The position numbers and the translations under genes are program-made. A DNA stretch of 63,860 nucleotides, filler included, from Octopus bimaculoides (taxonomy: Eukaryota), in assembly GCF_001194135.2 (NCBI RefSeq). It is 5 parts of 4 records of this genome, joined end to end, with 100 filler letters (N's around TTAATTAATTAA, not from the genome) between each part and the next. Parts side by side here need not be neighbours in the genome. Positions count along the whole stretch, not along the records: positions 46,258 to 62,516 come from NC_068981.1; positions 62,617 to 63,860 come from NW_026415961.1; 3 more parts are not named here. One strand, given 5' to 3'. Positions 51,690-63,860 of this stretch are shown piece by piece (within the stretch, counting starts at the first letter, position 1; every line of letters starts with the position of its first letter). The notes under the pieces were generated by a model, which saw only the letters and a program-made list of their open reading frames with translations, had not been told where the DNA came from and ran no database searches.

Positions 51690-52290
51690 GTTTTCGGCTC
51701 TACATCCCCACTGAACGAAAAACGTCGCAGACTGTTTAGAGTATGGCCGAAAAATATTATCTGAGGGCTCTGTATCAGGAGAATAGGATGGGTGCGGTAA
51801 AAGTTTCAAGCTGAGCTCTTGAATAGCATCTTCTGTCATACACGCAACATGGACGCGCGCGTTGTGGAGTTGAAAAAACACGCGGTCAGGCTGTTTAAGC
51901 TGGATAACCACATTCAGCCAGTACATTTGCTGGACTAAAGGCTTCGCATTGACTGTGTGGTTGCTTTCAAGTATTTCCTCATAGATTAGCCCTTTTCAAT
52001 CCCATTAAACGTAGATCAATGTCTTGGATGGATACAACTCTAACATGACTTGCGGGGCTGCTTGCTTGCAGGGGTTGATCCCCTCGATCCTCAATGAACC
52101 GAACAGGTTGGTTGGAACACAAAATCTCTGTGAGGTCGAATTTCCCGTTCTTGACTCATGAAAAGCATTTCTGTGTGCTTTATTCTGCACAACATCGTCA
52201 CTGTACACAACATTTTATGTACTTTGGTAGCTTTGGAATCACAACTGAAAGCAAAAAGAAACAGTTGTTGAAAATGCTCATTTTTTTCTC
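51690..52290 (-). mobile_element. Heavily deleted mariner
   Basis: EHFQQLFLFAF (N-terminus), KNGKFDLT, and QLHNARVHVA...LLPHPSYSPDTEPSD (catalytic C-terminus). Confidence 0.7.
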
Positions 52291-53168
52291 TGCTTGGTAT
52301 TCCAACATCATACGTCTAGAAAGAAGTAAATTTGCATAAATTTCAAAACCGATAAGCAAAAGTTATAGTGGAACAATAAACGTAAAAAAACTCATAAAAC
52401 ACTACGGTAAAATTAATTCGCGCGTTAATTCATATAACATTGGAAATAAACGAATTTTTCTGACTGTGCAATTTATGGTATAAGTGTATGCTCACGTAGA
52501 TAGACACATATACATTCCCTCTCTTTCTATAAACGTGTGAGAAAGTATGTGGTTGTGCATATCTGTGTATTAGTGTGCACGTGTTTGTGTGTGTTTGTGT
52601 GTGTGCCTGTGTGTATTTATGTGTGTGACTGTATCCATATGTGAGCGTGTGTAAATGTTTATATTCTGTTAATGTGTGAACAGTATTGCTGTTAATATTT
52701 TATTACCAATATAACAGTCATAAATACAAGTCTGTCATGGAGATGTGTAAAAATCTTATGATGTATATTTCAGAAAATTGTGACTGCGCGAAACATAGGT
52801 AACTACAGATCTTCCACACACACAGAAGTATATATACACATTGACACATACGTTCACGTATTTTCTCTGTACTCCTGTCTCTTCTCCTTTAGAGAGTAGT
52901 GCTTTGTTTGAAGCCTATTCGCCTCCTAGTCATGTCCACACTTATCTGTTTACCGACTGATAATTCTATAGATATATTCGCAGAAGCCTCCGCACTGACT
53001 CCGAGATATGGACTTAGAATTTTCAGTGTACATTTAAATATTACATGCATATCACCACACAGCCTCTCCACACACATGCAACATACGTACGCGCACACAC
53101 GCACACACACACACACACACTCACACACATATATATGCGTATATGTATGTGTGTATATATATATGTAT

Positions 53169-53356
53169 TATTTCTTTACTACCCACAAGGGGCTACACAC
53201 AGAGGGGACAAACAAAGACAGACAAACGGATTAAGTCGATTATATCGACCCCAGTGCGTGACTGGTACTTATTTAATCGACCCCGAAAGGATGAAAGGCA
53301 AAGTCGACCTCGGCGGAATTTGAACTCAGAACGTAGCGGCAGACGAAATACCGCTA
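53169..53356 (-). mobile_element. SINE family A (A2 tail), young copy
   Basis: Near-consensus reverse complement ending ccccttgtgggtagtaaagaaata. Confidence 0.92.
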
Positions 53357-53976
53357 TATATATANNNNNNNNNNNNNNNNNNNNNNNNNNNNNNNNNNNN
53401 NNNNNNNNNNNNNNNNNNNNNNNNNNNNNNNNNNNNNNNNNNNNNNNNNNNNNNNNNNNNNNNNNNNNNNNNNNNNNNNNNNNNNNNNNNNNNNNNNNNN
53501 NNNNNNNNNNNNNNNNNNNNNNNNNNNNNNNNNNNNNNNNNNNNNNNNNNNNNNNNNNNNNNNNNNNNNNNNNNNNNNNNNNNNNNNNNNNNNNNNNNNN
53601 NNNNNNNNNNNNNNNNNNNNNNNNNNNNNNNNNNNNNNNNNNNNNNNNNNNNNNNNNNNNNNNNNNNNNNNNNNNNNNNNNNNNNNNNNNNNNNNNNNNN
53701 NNNNNNNNNNNNNNNNNNNNNNNNNNNNNNNNNNNNNNNNNNNNNNNNNNNNNNNNNNNNNNNNNNNNNNNNNNNNNNNNNNNNNNNNNNNNNNNNNNNN
53801 NNNNNNNNNNNNNNNNNNNNNNNNNNNNNNNNNNNNNNNNNNNNNNNNNNNNNNNNNNNNNNNNNNNNNNNNNNNNNNNNNNNNNNNNNNNNNNNNNNNN
53901 NNNNNNNNNNNNNNNNNNNNNNNNNNNNNNNNNNNNNNNNNNNNNNNNNNNNNGTAATATATGTATATATGTATGC

Positions 53977-54009
<33 letters not shown>

Positions 54010-56395
54010 TGTATGTATGTATGTATGTATGTTTGTATATATATGTATGTATGTATGTTTGTATGTATGTATGCACGTATGTATGGATGTATGTATGCGC
54101 TTATGTGTATATGTATGATGTATGTCTGTATACATGTATATGAGATTATCGGTGTTGCGATAATGGTCATTTGAAAAGAGAATAGTTGACTGATTGAGAA
54201 TATTAACCCACATTGTCTTGTGTTTCACCATGATAAATCCAGCAGATTAGAACTTAACGTATTGTTTATCGTGTATTGATTTGTTTCTCTTCACTTTGTT
54301 ATTTTGACGTGGACAAATATGTCTGACTGCTTACATCAAAAACAAAAGATTTTAGCTGTCGCTCGAAAATCTACTTGTATAGCAGATTCGGATACAAACC
54401 GATTCCCTTATCTTATCTCAATCTTCGAAGATGTCTAAAAATAAAGCAATTCTATTCATTGAAAATATCAGCTATTGAATTTGATAATGCAAAATGTCCT
54501 CATGTTCTGTGTTCCGAGTGTAATTCGCGAAACCCCCCTCAGCTATTAGACAATTATGCTTTTGATTTACGCGTTATTTTATCTTAGACCGAACTTCCAA
54601 ACTAAATTTTATTTCTAGATAATATTATATACCACACTTTGTTTCCTGTTTGTAATTCTGTGTCTAGTCTTTATATTTTCTTTCATGGAAATTTAATAGA
54701 TCGCACCAGACTTTATTTAGTTCACTAGAATTTTCCTACATTTATTAGTTTTCAGTTTGGATTCTTTTATATTCACTTGATCTTTCCCCTGTATATTTTT
54801 CCTTTCACATCTGTCCACACTTTTCCCCAGTTTTCTCAGCTCTTTACTTACAACATGTGTTACATTTTCTCACAGTCACTTCGAAATTTTTTCTTTCTCT
54901 TGAAATGTGTATTTTTCCCATACTTTACATTATTTACATAATGAACAACACTCTTTTACTTTTCTATTTATTTACTTCATGTTAGCTCTTTTGTTTCTTT
55001 CTCTCATAGTCCACACATTCTCCTCTTCTTCATTCATCTGTCTCTATTTGTCATCATTTCAACTTTGACGTTTCTTACTTACTTCGTTCAATTGCTCATA
55101 ATCTTTCTAAGTTCCACCTTCTTCAGTTATTTGAAGATTGTTTCCGGTGCCGTGCTTTGAGGATCGAGTTTACTTGACTGGAAATACAGATAGAAGACCA
55201 CCCACAAATGCCAGCAACTGAAGCTATAACCAGTGCTTACAACAGAGATAAACATTTCAATTAATTAATTTAGGAATTCTTAGACTAACAGTTTTATTCG
55301 AAAATCTAAACATAAAAATGAAAGGGAAAATAACACTTAGAAAATGATTTCCTTATCGCATTTATACAATACTTTGTAATTTTCGCTTTTCATTGCACAC
55401 GTATTTTGTTAGAATCTTTGTAAAAGAACTGTTGCCTATCATGATTTAATCGCTCATGTTTCAGCCACACACTCGATGGCTGTGATGAGAGGAGATATAT
55501 TGTTTCCTGTCACTGGAGGAATCTAACGAATTTAACTTCGATTATCAGTCCTTAACAAATTTAGGCTATTTCGAAATTTAAAAGAGATTTTCGATAAAGG
55601 AATGATATTCGAAGACTAGACACGCTAATTGTAAAACAAATGGAACCGAAGATTTCATACTGAGAATGGTTGTAGATTAGAATATTAAATTGTCGCTTTA
55701 ACTTCCTCTAAAATCTTCCAATACACTCCGTATTTCTTCCAAGAAGAGATTTAATTGTAAAATCAGTATTCACTTTTCTTTACGTTACATGAACTTGCCT
55801 TATTTTACAGATAATAATATATTATTTCATAGTTATAACGTTTGAAATATCAACATCTTTATTGACATCCCGGCGAGAATTTTAAACTCTATATTTAGAA
55901 CTTATATACGAGGATATGGCTTACTAGTTCTTGCCTATCCGAATCAACTAGGAATACTCCAGTATCTGTCAGTTGTGGTAGGCATCTTCCAAGATCACTA
56001 ACCAACAAGTCTGGAATGCTTGAATATAATTCGCAGGCCTGAGCTTACTCTGTCATTGACTATCCTCTAACACAACAACCACTTACTACGATCTTGATCT
56101 CAAATGATTTTTCTGAACTTGTGTTTGCTGAGAATTGTCGCAGGCCTCCCGGTAGATTTTAACCCTTCTCCTCTATCTTCAGTTCTCCCCATTTCACATT
56201 GGAAGAATCCTTCAGAAAAGGTAGTCACACATCTCTTATATAAGAAGTTCCATTACCAAAGAAAAGGATAGGTACATTGTATGATGTGGTACTGTATACT
56301 CTATGTCTGAAGGCAATACACTAAATCAGAACAAAAAAACAGAATGGTTAGGGTTAGAAAGCTTCCAAAACTATCGGTCAGTTAAACCATAGTTT

Positions 56396-56449
<54 letters not shown>

Positions 56450-56962
56450 NNNNNNNNNNNNNNNNNNNNNNNNNNNNNNNNNNNNNNNNNNNNNNNNNNN
56501 NNNNNNNNNNNNNNNNNNNNNNNNNNNNNNNNNNNNNNNNNNNNNNNNNNNNNNNNNNNNNNNNNNNNNNNNNNNNNNNNNNNNNNNNNNNNNNNNNNNN
56601 NNNNNNNNNNNNNNNNNNNNNNNNNNNNNNNNNNNNNNNNNNNNNNNNNNNNNNNNNNNNNNNNNNNNNNNNNNNNNNNNNNNNNNNNNNNNNNNNNNNN
56701 NNNNNNNNNNNNNNNNNNNNNNNNNNNNNNNNNNNNNNNNNNNNNNNNNNNNNNNNNNNNNNNNNNNNNNNNNNNNNNNNNNNNNNNNNNNNNNNNNNNN
56801 NNNNNNNNNNNNNNNNNNNNNNNNNNNNNNNNNNNNNNNNNNNNNNNNNNNNNNNNNNNNNNNNNNNNNNNNNNNNNNNNNNNNNNNNNNNNNNNNNNNN
56901 NNNNNNNNNNNNNNNNNNNNNNNCGAGTCCGCTGTCCTAACCACTGGGCCATTGCGCCTCCC

Positions 56963-57431
<469 letters not shown>

Positions 57432-57448
57432 AATAATAATGATAAAAA

Positions 57449-57665
57449 TCCTTTCTACTATAGGCACAACGCCTGAAATTTGTGGGGAGTGGGAAAGTTG
57501 ACTCGATCGACTCGAGCACATGAGTGATACTTGATTTACCGAATCTGAAAGGAAGAAAGACGAAGTCGACTTCGGCAGAATTTGAACTCAGAAAGTGCAG
57601 ATGGACGAAATGCCACTAAGCATTTTGTTTGGTGAGCAAGCGATCCTATCAGCTCGCCGCCTTAA
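57449..57665 (-). mobile_element. SINE family A (old)
   Basis: Diverged reverse complement of the A1 unit. Confidence 0.8.
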
Positions 57666-57705
57666 CAACAACAACAACTTCATAATTCACTCCATAATTG
57701 TCCAC

Positions 57706-57997
57706 GGTCATATGGCGTAGTTGTTAAGAACGCGGGCTACTAACCCCAAGATTCCGAGTTTGATTCCAGGCAGTGACCTGAATAATTATGATACATACAT
57801 ACATACATACATACATACATACGTCGAAAAATACCTTAGGAATGAGAACCCAGGTTCTAAATTTCCCCAAGACACCTGATGAAGGCTGGAGTGTATATCA
57901 GCCAAAACGTTGTGTTAAGAACAAACAAGATGAGGACAAATATCCGTCAAATGTAAATAATGTACATAATTCCTCAACTCTTAAATATAGAACTGTA
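57706..57997 (+). mobile_element. tRNA-headed SINE (family E) carrying a hammerhead motif
   Basis: Head ggtcatatggcgtagttg...gagtttgattcc...gtgacc (57706-57778); HHR at 57871-57916. Confidence 0.7.
57871..57916 (+). ncRNA. Minimal type-I hammerhead motif, G12 mutated in this copy
   Basis: GACAC-CTGATGA-A-GGCTG(gagtgtatat)CAGCC-aAAAC-GTT-GTGTT; helix III AACGTT is palindromic. Confidence 0.6.
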
Positions 57998-58059
57998 TTA
58001 ACAACAACATCAACAACAACTATAACAACAAACACAACAACATCAATAATAATCATTTG

Positions 58060-58215
58060 TAACATAGGTAGAAGGCCTGAAGTTTTGTGTGTGGGGTACA
58101 ACCAATTATATCGACTCAAGTAACTGACTTCTACTTTTCTTTTATTGACGCTACAGGGATGAAAGGCAAAGTTGAACTGGGTGGTATTTAAAGAGCCGGA
58201 AGAAATACCACAAGG
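58060..58215 (-). mobile_element. SINE family A (old fragment)
   Basis: gggatgaaaggcaaagttgaac and atcgactc segments. Confidence 0.65.
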
Positions 58216-58329
58216 CGTTAATAGCAATAATACATTTCTTTTATTGTTGCAAGAGCAATGAGCAATGAATAGGGTGGCAGGTGTATTACGAGACCGTAGC
58301 AATGGGAGGGTTATATCGAATATAAGAAA

Positions 58330-58850
58330 ACGACTAGTTTATGATTAACATCAGTATGAAAATGTTTGGTGATAGTGGTGGTGATGATGATGATGATGAT
58401 GATAGTGGTGGTGGTGGTAATGATAATGATGCTGATGCTGATGGTGACGATGCCGCTGTTGCTGCTGATGTTGAAGATAATGATGACGATAGCGATGATG
58501 ACGGAAGACTACAATGATGATGATGATGGTGGTGGTGGTGGTGTATTGGTAATGATGATGATGATGATGATGATGATGATGCTGATGATGATGCTGATGA
58601 TGATGATGGTGTTCGTGGTGGTGTGTTGGTAATGATGATGAAGATGATGACGATGATGATGATGATGATGATGATGGTGGTCGTGGTGGTGTGTTGGTAA
58701 TGATGATGATGATGATGATGATGATGATGCTGATGATGATGATGGTGGTGGTGCTGGTGCATTGGTAATGATGATGATGATCATGATCATGATCATGCTG
58801 ATGGTGATGATGATGATGACAACGATGATGACGACGATGATAATGAACGG
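58330..58850. repeat. (GAT/GGT)n cryptic microsatellite with a recurring ggtgtattggtaatgatg unit
   Basis: Directly visible; three internal recurrences. Confidence 0.85.
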
Positions 58851-59186
58851 CAAGATATTTCGTGATTGGTAGTGTTTTGACGCCTGTATTGGCAGCAAAA
58901 TTCCGACCGATTGATTAACGCTATTCGTTCTCATGACAAGGCCACCGTGTCAGACACTGTTTTCCATCACATCCACCCCCACCCCCACCCCACGCCTAAA
59001 ACTATTTTCATAAAAGACAAAAATATGGTGCTGTAGGACAAATGAATAACTCTCCTTCTCTAATTAAATGCTAAGCAGGTTTTCGTTGCATGCTTTTAGT
59101 TCAACCGGGTTTGTTCCTGTAAATAGAGGAGCACCCGTTTTCCTCTTCACAGCCGTCATCATCATCATCGTCATCATCATCACAAC

Positions 59187-59229
<43 letters not shown>

Positions 59230-59876
59230 GTCATCATCATCATCATCGTCGTCATCATCTATGTNNNNNNNNNNTATATATATATATATATATTTTCGGA
59301 ACAATTCGGTTTGGCACTGAATCGGAATATGGTATGTTTTTTTTGCGAAAGAAGTGACAACAGCTTTACTTAAATTGATTATACAATATCGTAAGTGCTT
59401 ATTGATCGATTTTTCGCTTTATCACTTTTATCTCTTCTCTATCTATCGTTTTATTTTATGTTTCACATATACCCCCAACACGCACATATATAAACATTTC
59501 AACTTAGTTCCTTTCTTTCTTTTTTCTTTCCTTTTTTTTTGTCTTTATTTCTTTCTGTTTTTCTTTTTTGTTTTGTTATTTGTTTTAAGTCCTCTAGAAA
59601 ATTTCATTTCAAATGGAAATGTAATTGAGCAAGAGCTGATGTTGATAATGATGAAGGCTCTGCAAGTGAAGTGATGGCACGGGTGATACTGTCGAAGATT
59701 AGTGAAATAATAATGGCAATGTTGATGCTGCTGTTGCCGCTGCCGCTGCTGCCGCTGCCGCTGCTGCTGCTGATGATGATGATGGTGATAAAAAGACTGA
59801 TGATAGTGATGATGAGAGGAAATAACAAAATTATGTACATACGTACATACATACACACACGTATATAAATCTAAGC

Positions 59877-59948
<72 letters not shown>

Positions 59949-59988
59949 NNNNNNNNNNNNNNNNNNNNNNNNNNNNNNNNNNNNNNNN

Positions 59989-60032
<44 letters not shown>

Positions 60033-60421
60033 TTATATGTGTGTGTATATACATATATATCTACACACACACATATATACATGTGTGTGTTTATATATAC
60101 ATATATATACATATATATACATATGTATTCATATACATACATATATGTATATATATGCATATATATATACATATATATATATATTTATTTATATATATGC
60201 ATATATATACATATATGTATGTATATATGAATACATATGTATATATATGTATATATATAAATATATATGTGTATGTATATGTATATATATACACACACGC
60301 AAAGATATATTCTCACATATGTACTATATATGGACTGTCAAGCGATCTACTCTGACACATTCTAGCACGGCGTACGGCATACATACACACCCACCTACAC
60401 ATACACACACGCACTCCCAAC

Positions 60422-60457
<36 letters not shown>

Positions 60458-61109
60458 ACACACACACCGTACCATGCCACAGATCAGTCTACGTCCTGTG
60501 GGAGTGATTTTACGGTCCGATAGATTGATTAATAGATTATATGTCCAGAAAGCCAGTTCCAATCTGTGTGAGGACTGTTGAAGTATTTTCAAATGTGAGA
60601 CAGTAATATATGTACGCATGCATGTTTGCTATGGATGATCATGTATACATATACATATATATACATAAATACACACACACACGCACACATGCGCACACAC
60701 AAACATACACACACCACACACACATATCTATGTGTGTGTGCTTGTGTAAAGCTGAAAGGGTGGTGGCGTTGTGTATCGAGGAAATCGGAAGCTGTCGATT
60801 TTAACATTGCAATACATCAGCGTATATCTCTGGGGACGATCCATCATGCGAATGAAATTAGGTGGTTGATTAAAAATAGCAACAAAAAAACATCAGGAAA
60901 AAAATAGCAACGGAGTAAACAGTCTTGAAATGAAACGTTGTCTTTTCATTTATCTTTCTGTCTATCCATTTACCTGTCTACTAATCTAGGTAACTTGTCT
61001 AGCTATCCACTATATTCTCCAACAATGTTTCTCTGTCTGTCAGTCTCACAGTATTCTCGTCGCTTTATCGCTTTGTCTCACTTCCCCCATATGTCCATAG
61101 GTATGAATA

Positions 61110-61150
<41 letters not shown>

Positions 61151-61857
61151 NNNNNNNNNNNNNNNNNNNNNNNNNNNNNNNNNNNNNNNNNNNNNNNNNN
61201 NNNNNNNNNNNNNNNNNNNNNNNNNNNNNNNNNNNNNNNNNNNNNNNNNNNNNNNNNNNNNNNNNNNNNNNNNNNNNNNNNNNNNNNNNNNNNNNNNNNN
61301 NNNNNNNNNNNNNNNNNNNNNNNNNNNNNNNNNNNNNNNNNNNNNNNNNNNNNNNNNNNNNNNNNNNNNNNNNNNNNNNNNNNNNNNNNNNNNNNNNNNN
61401 NNNNNNNNNNNNNNNNNNNNNNNNNNNNNNNNNNNNNNNNNNNNNNNNNNNNNNNNNNNNNNNNNNNNNNNNNNNNNNNNNNNNNNNNNNNNNNNNNNNN
61501 NNNNNNNNNNNNNNNNNNNNNNNNNNNNNNNNNNNNNNNNNNNNNNNNNNNNNNNNNNNNNNNNNNNNNNNNNNNNNNNNNNNNNNNNNNNNNNNNNNAT
61601 ATATATATATATATATATATAAATATATATCATACGTATATATATGCATACATAGAATATATATATCATACATATGTATATATGTATGATTATATATATA
61701 TATATGCATATATATATAATCATATATATATATATATGTGTATATATATTTGCATATACGTAATCATATATATGCATATATATACATATATATGTATATA
61801 TATATATATATATATATNNNNNNNNNNNNNNNNNNNNNNNNNNNNNNNNNNNNNNNN

Positions 61858-61927
<70 letters not shown>

Positions 61928-62329
61928 ATTTCTATCACTGATGTTGTTTATGTATCACCCTGTAGTTTTTTGCGTCTAGCTATGTAGGTATTTTAGTTGA
62001 CTGCAATCTCTATAATCAATTATTCTCTGTTCTTTTTTTAATTTTTTTTTCATTCAGTTTTTAGTTTTCGGTGTCTGAAAATACCTTTCGAATAGTTTCG
62101 TCTGTCTTCATGACTTACTTTTTCAGTAGTATCTGAAACATCAGTCAGCTTTGTGGAATCTATCATCCCTTGCCATACATTTCCCTACAGGGATTAGTCT
62201 TAACCAGAATCATATCTGACTTTTAATGTTGTTCAGTAATGTGTATTCCATTATTCAATGGCGGCCGTATATTTTATCACTCACTTCAAAGTTTATATAT
62301 ATATATATATATGTTTTGTTCGGATGGTA

Positions 62330-62415
62330 ACCACTCCTGAAGAAGTGCCAAATGTCTAAATCCAATGGACCAGTCACTGGATAAGTTTGGCACAGAAATG
62401 TTAACATAGAGTGGT
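62330..62415 (+). ncRNA. Type-I hammerhead ribozyme motif with intact core
   Basis: ACCACTC-CTGAAGA-a-GTGCCAAA(33 nt)TTTGGCAC-a-GAA-ATGTTAACAT (10-nt palindrome)-A-GAGTGGT; helix I 7/7, helix II 8/8, NUH = ATA. Confidence 0.8.
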
Positions 62416-62484
62416 GAATAAATCGATATATCGAGTTTGAAGTCTCTGTCTCTTTTGAATATGAAAATTTAAAAGTTAAAAACC

Positions 62485-62516
<32 letters not shown>

Positions 62517-62616
62517 NNNNNNNNNNNNNNNNNNNNNNNNNNNNNNNNNNNNNNNNNNNNTTAATTAATTAANNNNNNNNNNNNNNNNNNNNNNNNNNNN
62601 NNNNNNNNNNNNNNNN

Positions 62617-63860
62617 CGAGTATATCTATGATCATAATTTTTTTTATTATTACTCCTAACCAACCTCACCATATTATTCCTAACATCCCTATCTACTCTA
62701 ACCTCACCAGATTCAGGTTTAACATAATAAACCTTATCTCTAAAACCAGCCCTATTTAAAGTTTCATTATAAATAGGAGCTTCATAATCGAAAACAACAC
62801 GATTAGCTGATAACTTAGAAAGCCTAATCGAAATATTTCTAACTAAATTATCAATAATACTTCTAGGGTGGTTACTCCATCTACTTATACATTTCAGATT
62901 AGTAGACGGTTTATGGTACGGTCTATACGTATCGTTTTTTATATCAAGTGTCACATCTAAATAATTAGCTAGCGAAACATCATCATCGTAAGTGACACTC
63001 ATTCCCATCCTATTAAAAAATCTAGATAACCTACCTTTAAGTCTTTGCAAACATTGGATAGAATAATTCCTTATATAAATAAGACAATCGTCCCTATATA
63101 CACCGCCCCTAACTATAGGGAATTGATCAGTCAATTCATACAAAATATAGGAACCCACTACATCCGCTATTTGAGCTGAGTCAGAACTTCCCATAGGAAC
63201 ATCGAAAGTAATCCTTGCCTTGTTATGAAAGAACCAAAGAGCCTTATTAAGTACGCTAGGATTAATAGATTAATAGAAGCATAAAAATTAGAAATATCAA
63301 ACTGTATAAATTTAGCATTATTTTTGTTCTCAATAGAACGAAACCACTCAATAACCTGATCAGTTCTAGACCATAAATTCAATTGTAATCCATCAATTAT
63401 AATAGGAATATACCTATCCAAAATACTTTTACTAATAATCCCAATGTCGGATTTAGCCGGGCAAATAAGCCTCAAGGATGGTTGAGTCCAAAAATTAATT
63501 TTATGGTCTTTAAGAAGAAACCGCGGTTCCTTCGGCACTATAGGTTCAGTTCTGCCCGCAATATTATATTTCTCCATCATTTTCTTAACATCCAAATTAG
63601 TCTTTCTGAGCGTCCATCCATTTGTAATTTTATAATTTTTTTCAATCTCCTTCCTAAGTAAATTCTTGTAATGCTCCTTATTCAGTTTATAAATATTTCT
63701 AGTCTTGTCAGATTTAACGAAAATGTCTTTATCACTTGTCACTTGTTTGGTAACAGTATTAAGATATCTCAAATGCTGGTTTTTGTATGGCGATTCCCCT
63801 TACGATAAGAGTAGGAGGTATTGCAACTTGTGCAATCTTGAGTTGTTTTTATTCTATTTT
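62617..63860 (-). mobile_element. Penelope-like element reverse transcriptase (pseudogenised)
   Basis: IFVKSDKTRNIYK, LRLICPAKSDIGIISKSILD, FIQFDISNFYASI, FDVPMGSSDSAQIADVVG, GGVYRDD, NYLDVTLD, YRPYHKP and SNHPRSII; frameshift at 63261-63276; continues past the window end and into the gap. Confidence 0.9.

Noticed and set aside
55180-55250. Minus-strand hydrophobic exon candidate
   Set aside because: Several frames are open by composition and no product is recognisable.
56180-56230. Possible exon FSPFHIGRILQK resembling GPCR TM6
   Set aside because: Too short, lacks the CWxP Trp, has a weak donor and has no supporting exons.

Overview
AT-rich, repeat-saturated eukaryotic non-coding DNA with about 10 kb of N gaps. 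The SINE families match my recollection of octopus repeats, so this is probably an Octopus scaffold (inference). I recognise no intact host protein-coding gene; nearly all ORF-track entries are microsatellite or gap read-through. The window holds dozens of microsatellites, at least five tRNA-headed SINE families, and remnants of Penelope-like elements (PLE), RTE, Tx1/L1 and R4/Dong LINEs. It also holds several mariner fragments, a DD37D (maT) transposon, a hAT MITE and a Helitron derivative with both termini. The most interesting layer is a set of minimal type-I hammerhead ribozyme (HHR) motifs read by eye. They occur in a ~295-bp tandem, ORF-less, retrozyme-like array (32.8-34.0 kb) interrupted by a tRNA-like duplication, in a core-intact HHR beside a PLE (62.3 kb), in a tRNA-headed SINE (57.7-58.0 kb), and at the ends of PLE-like remnants. 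Other observations are a Tx1 segment copied in inverted orientation into a MITE that sits inside the same Tx1, and a 3' tail shared by Tx1 and a SINE. Ribozyme activity and novelty are untested.
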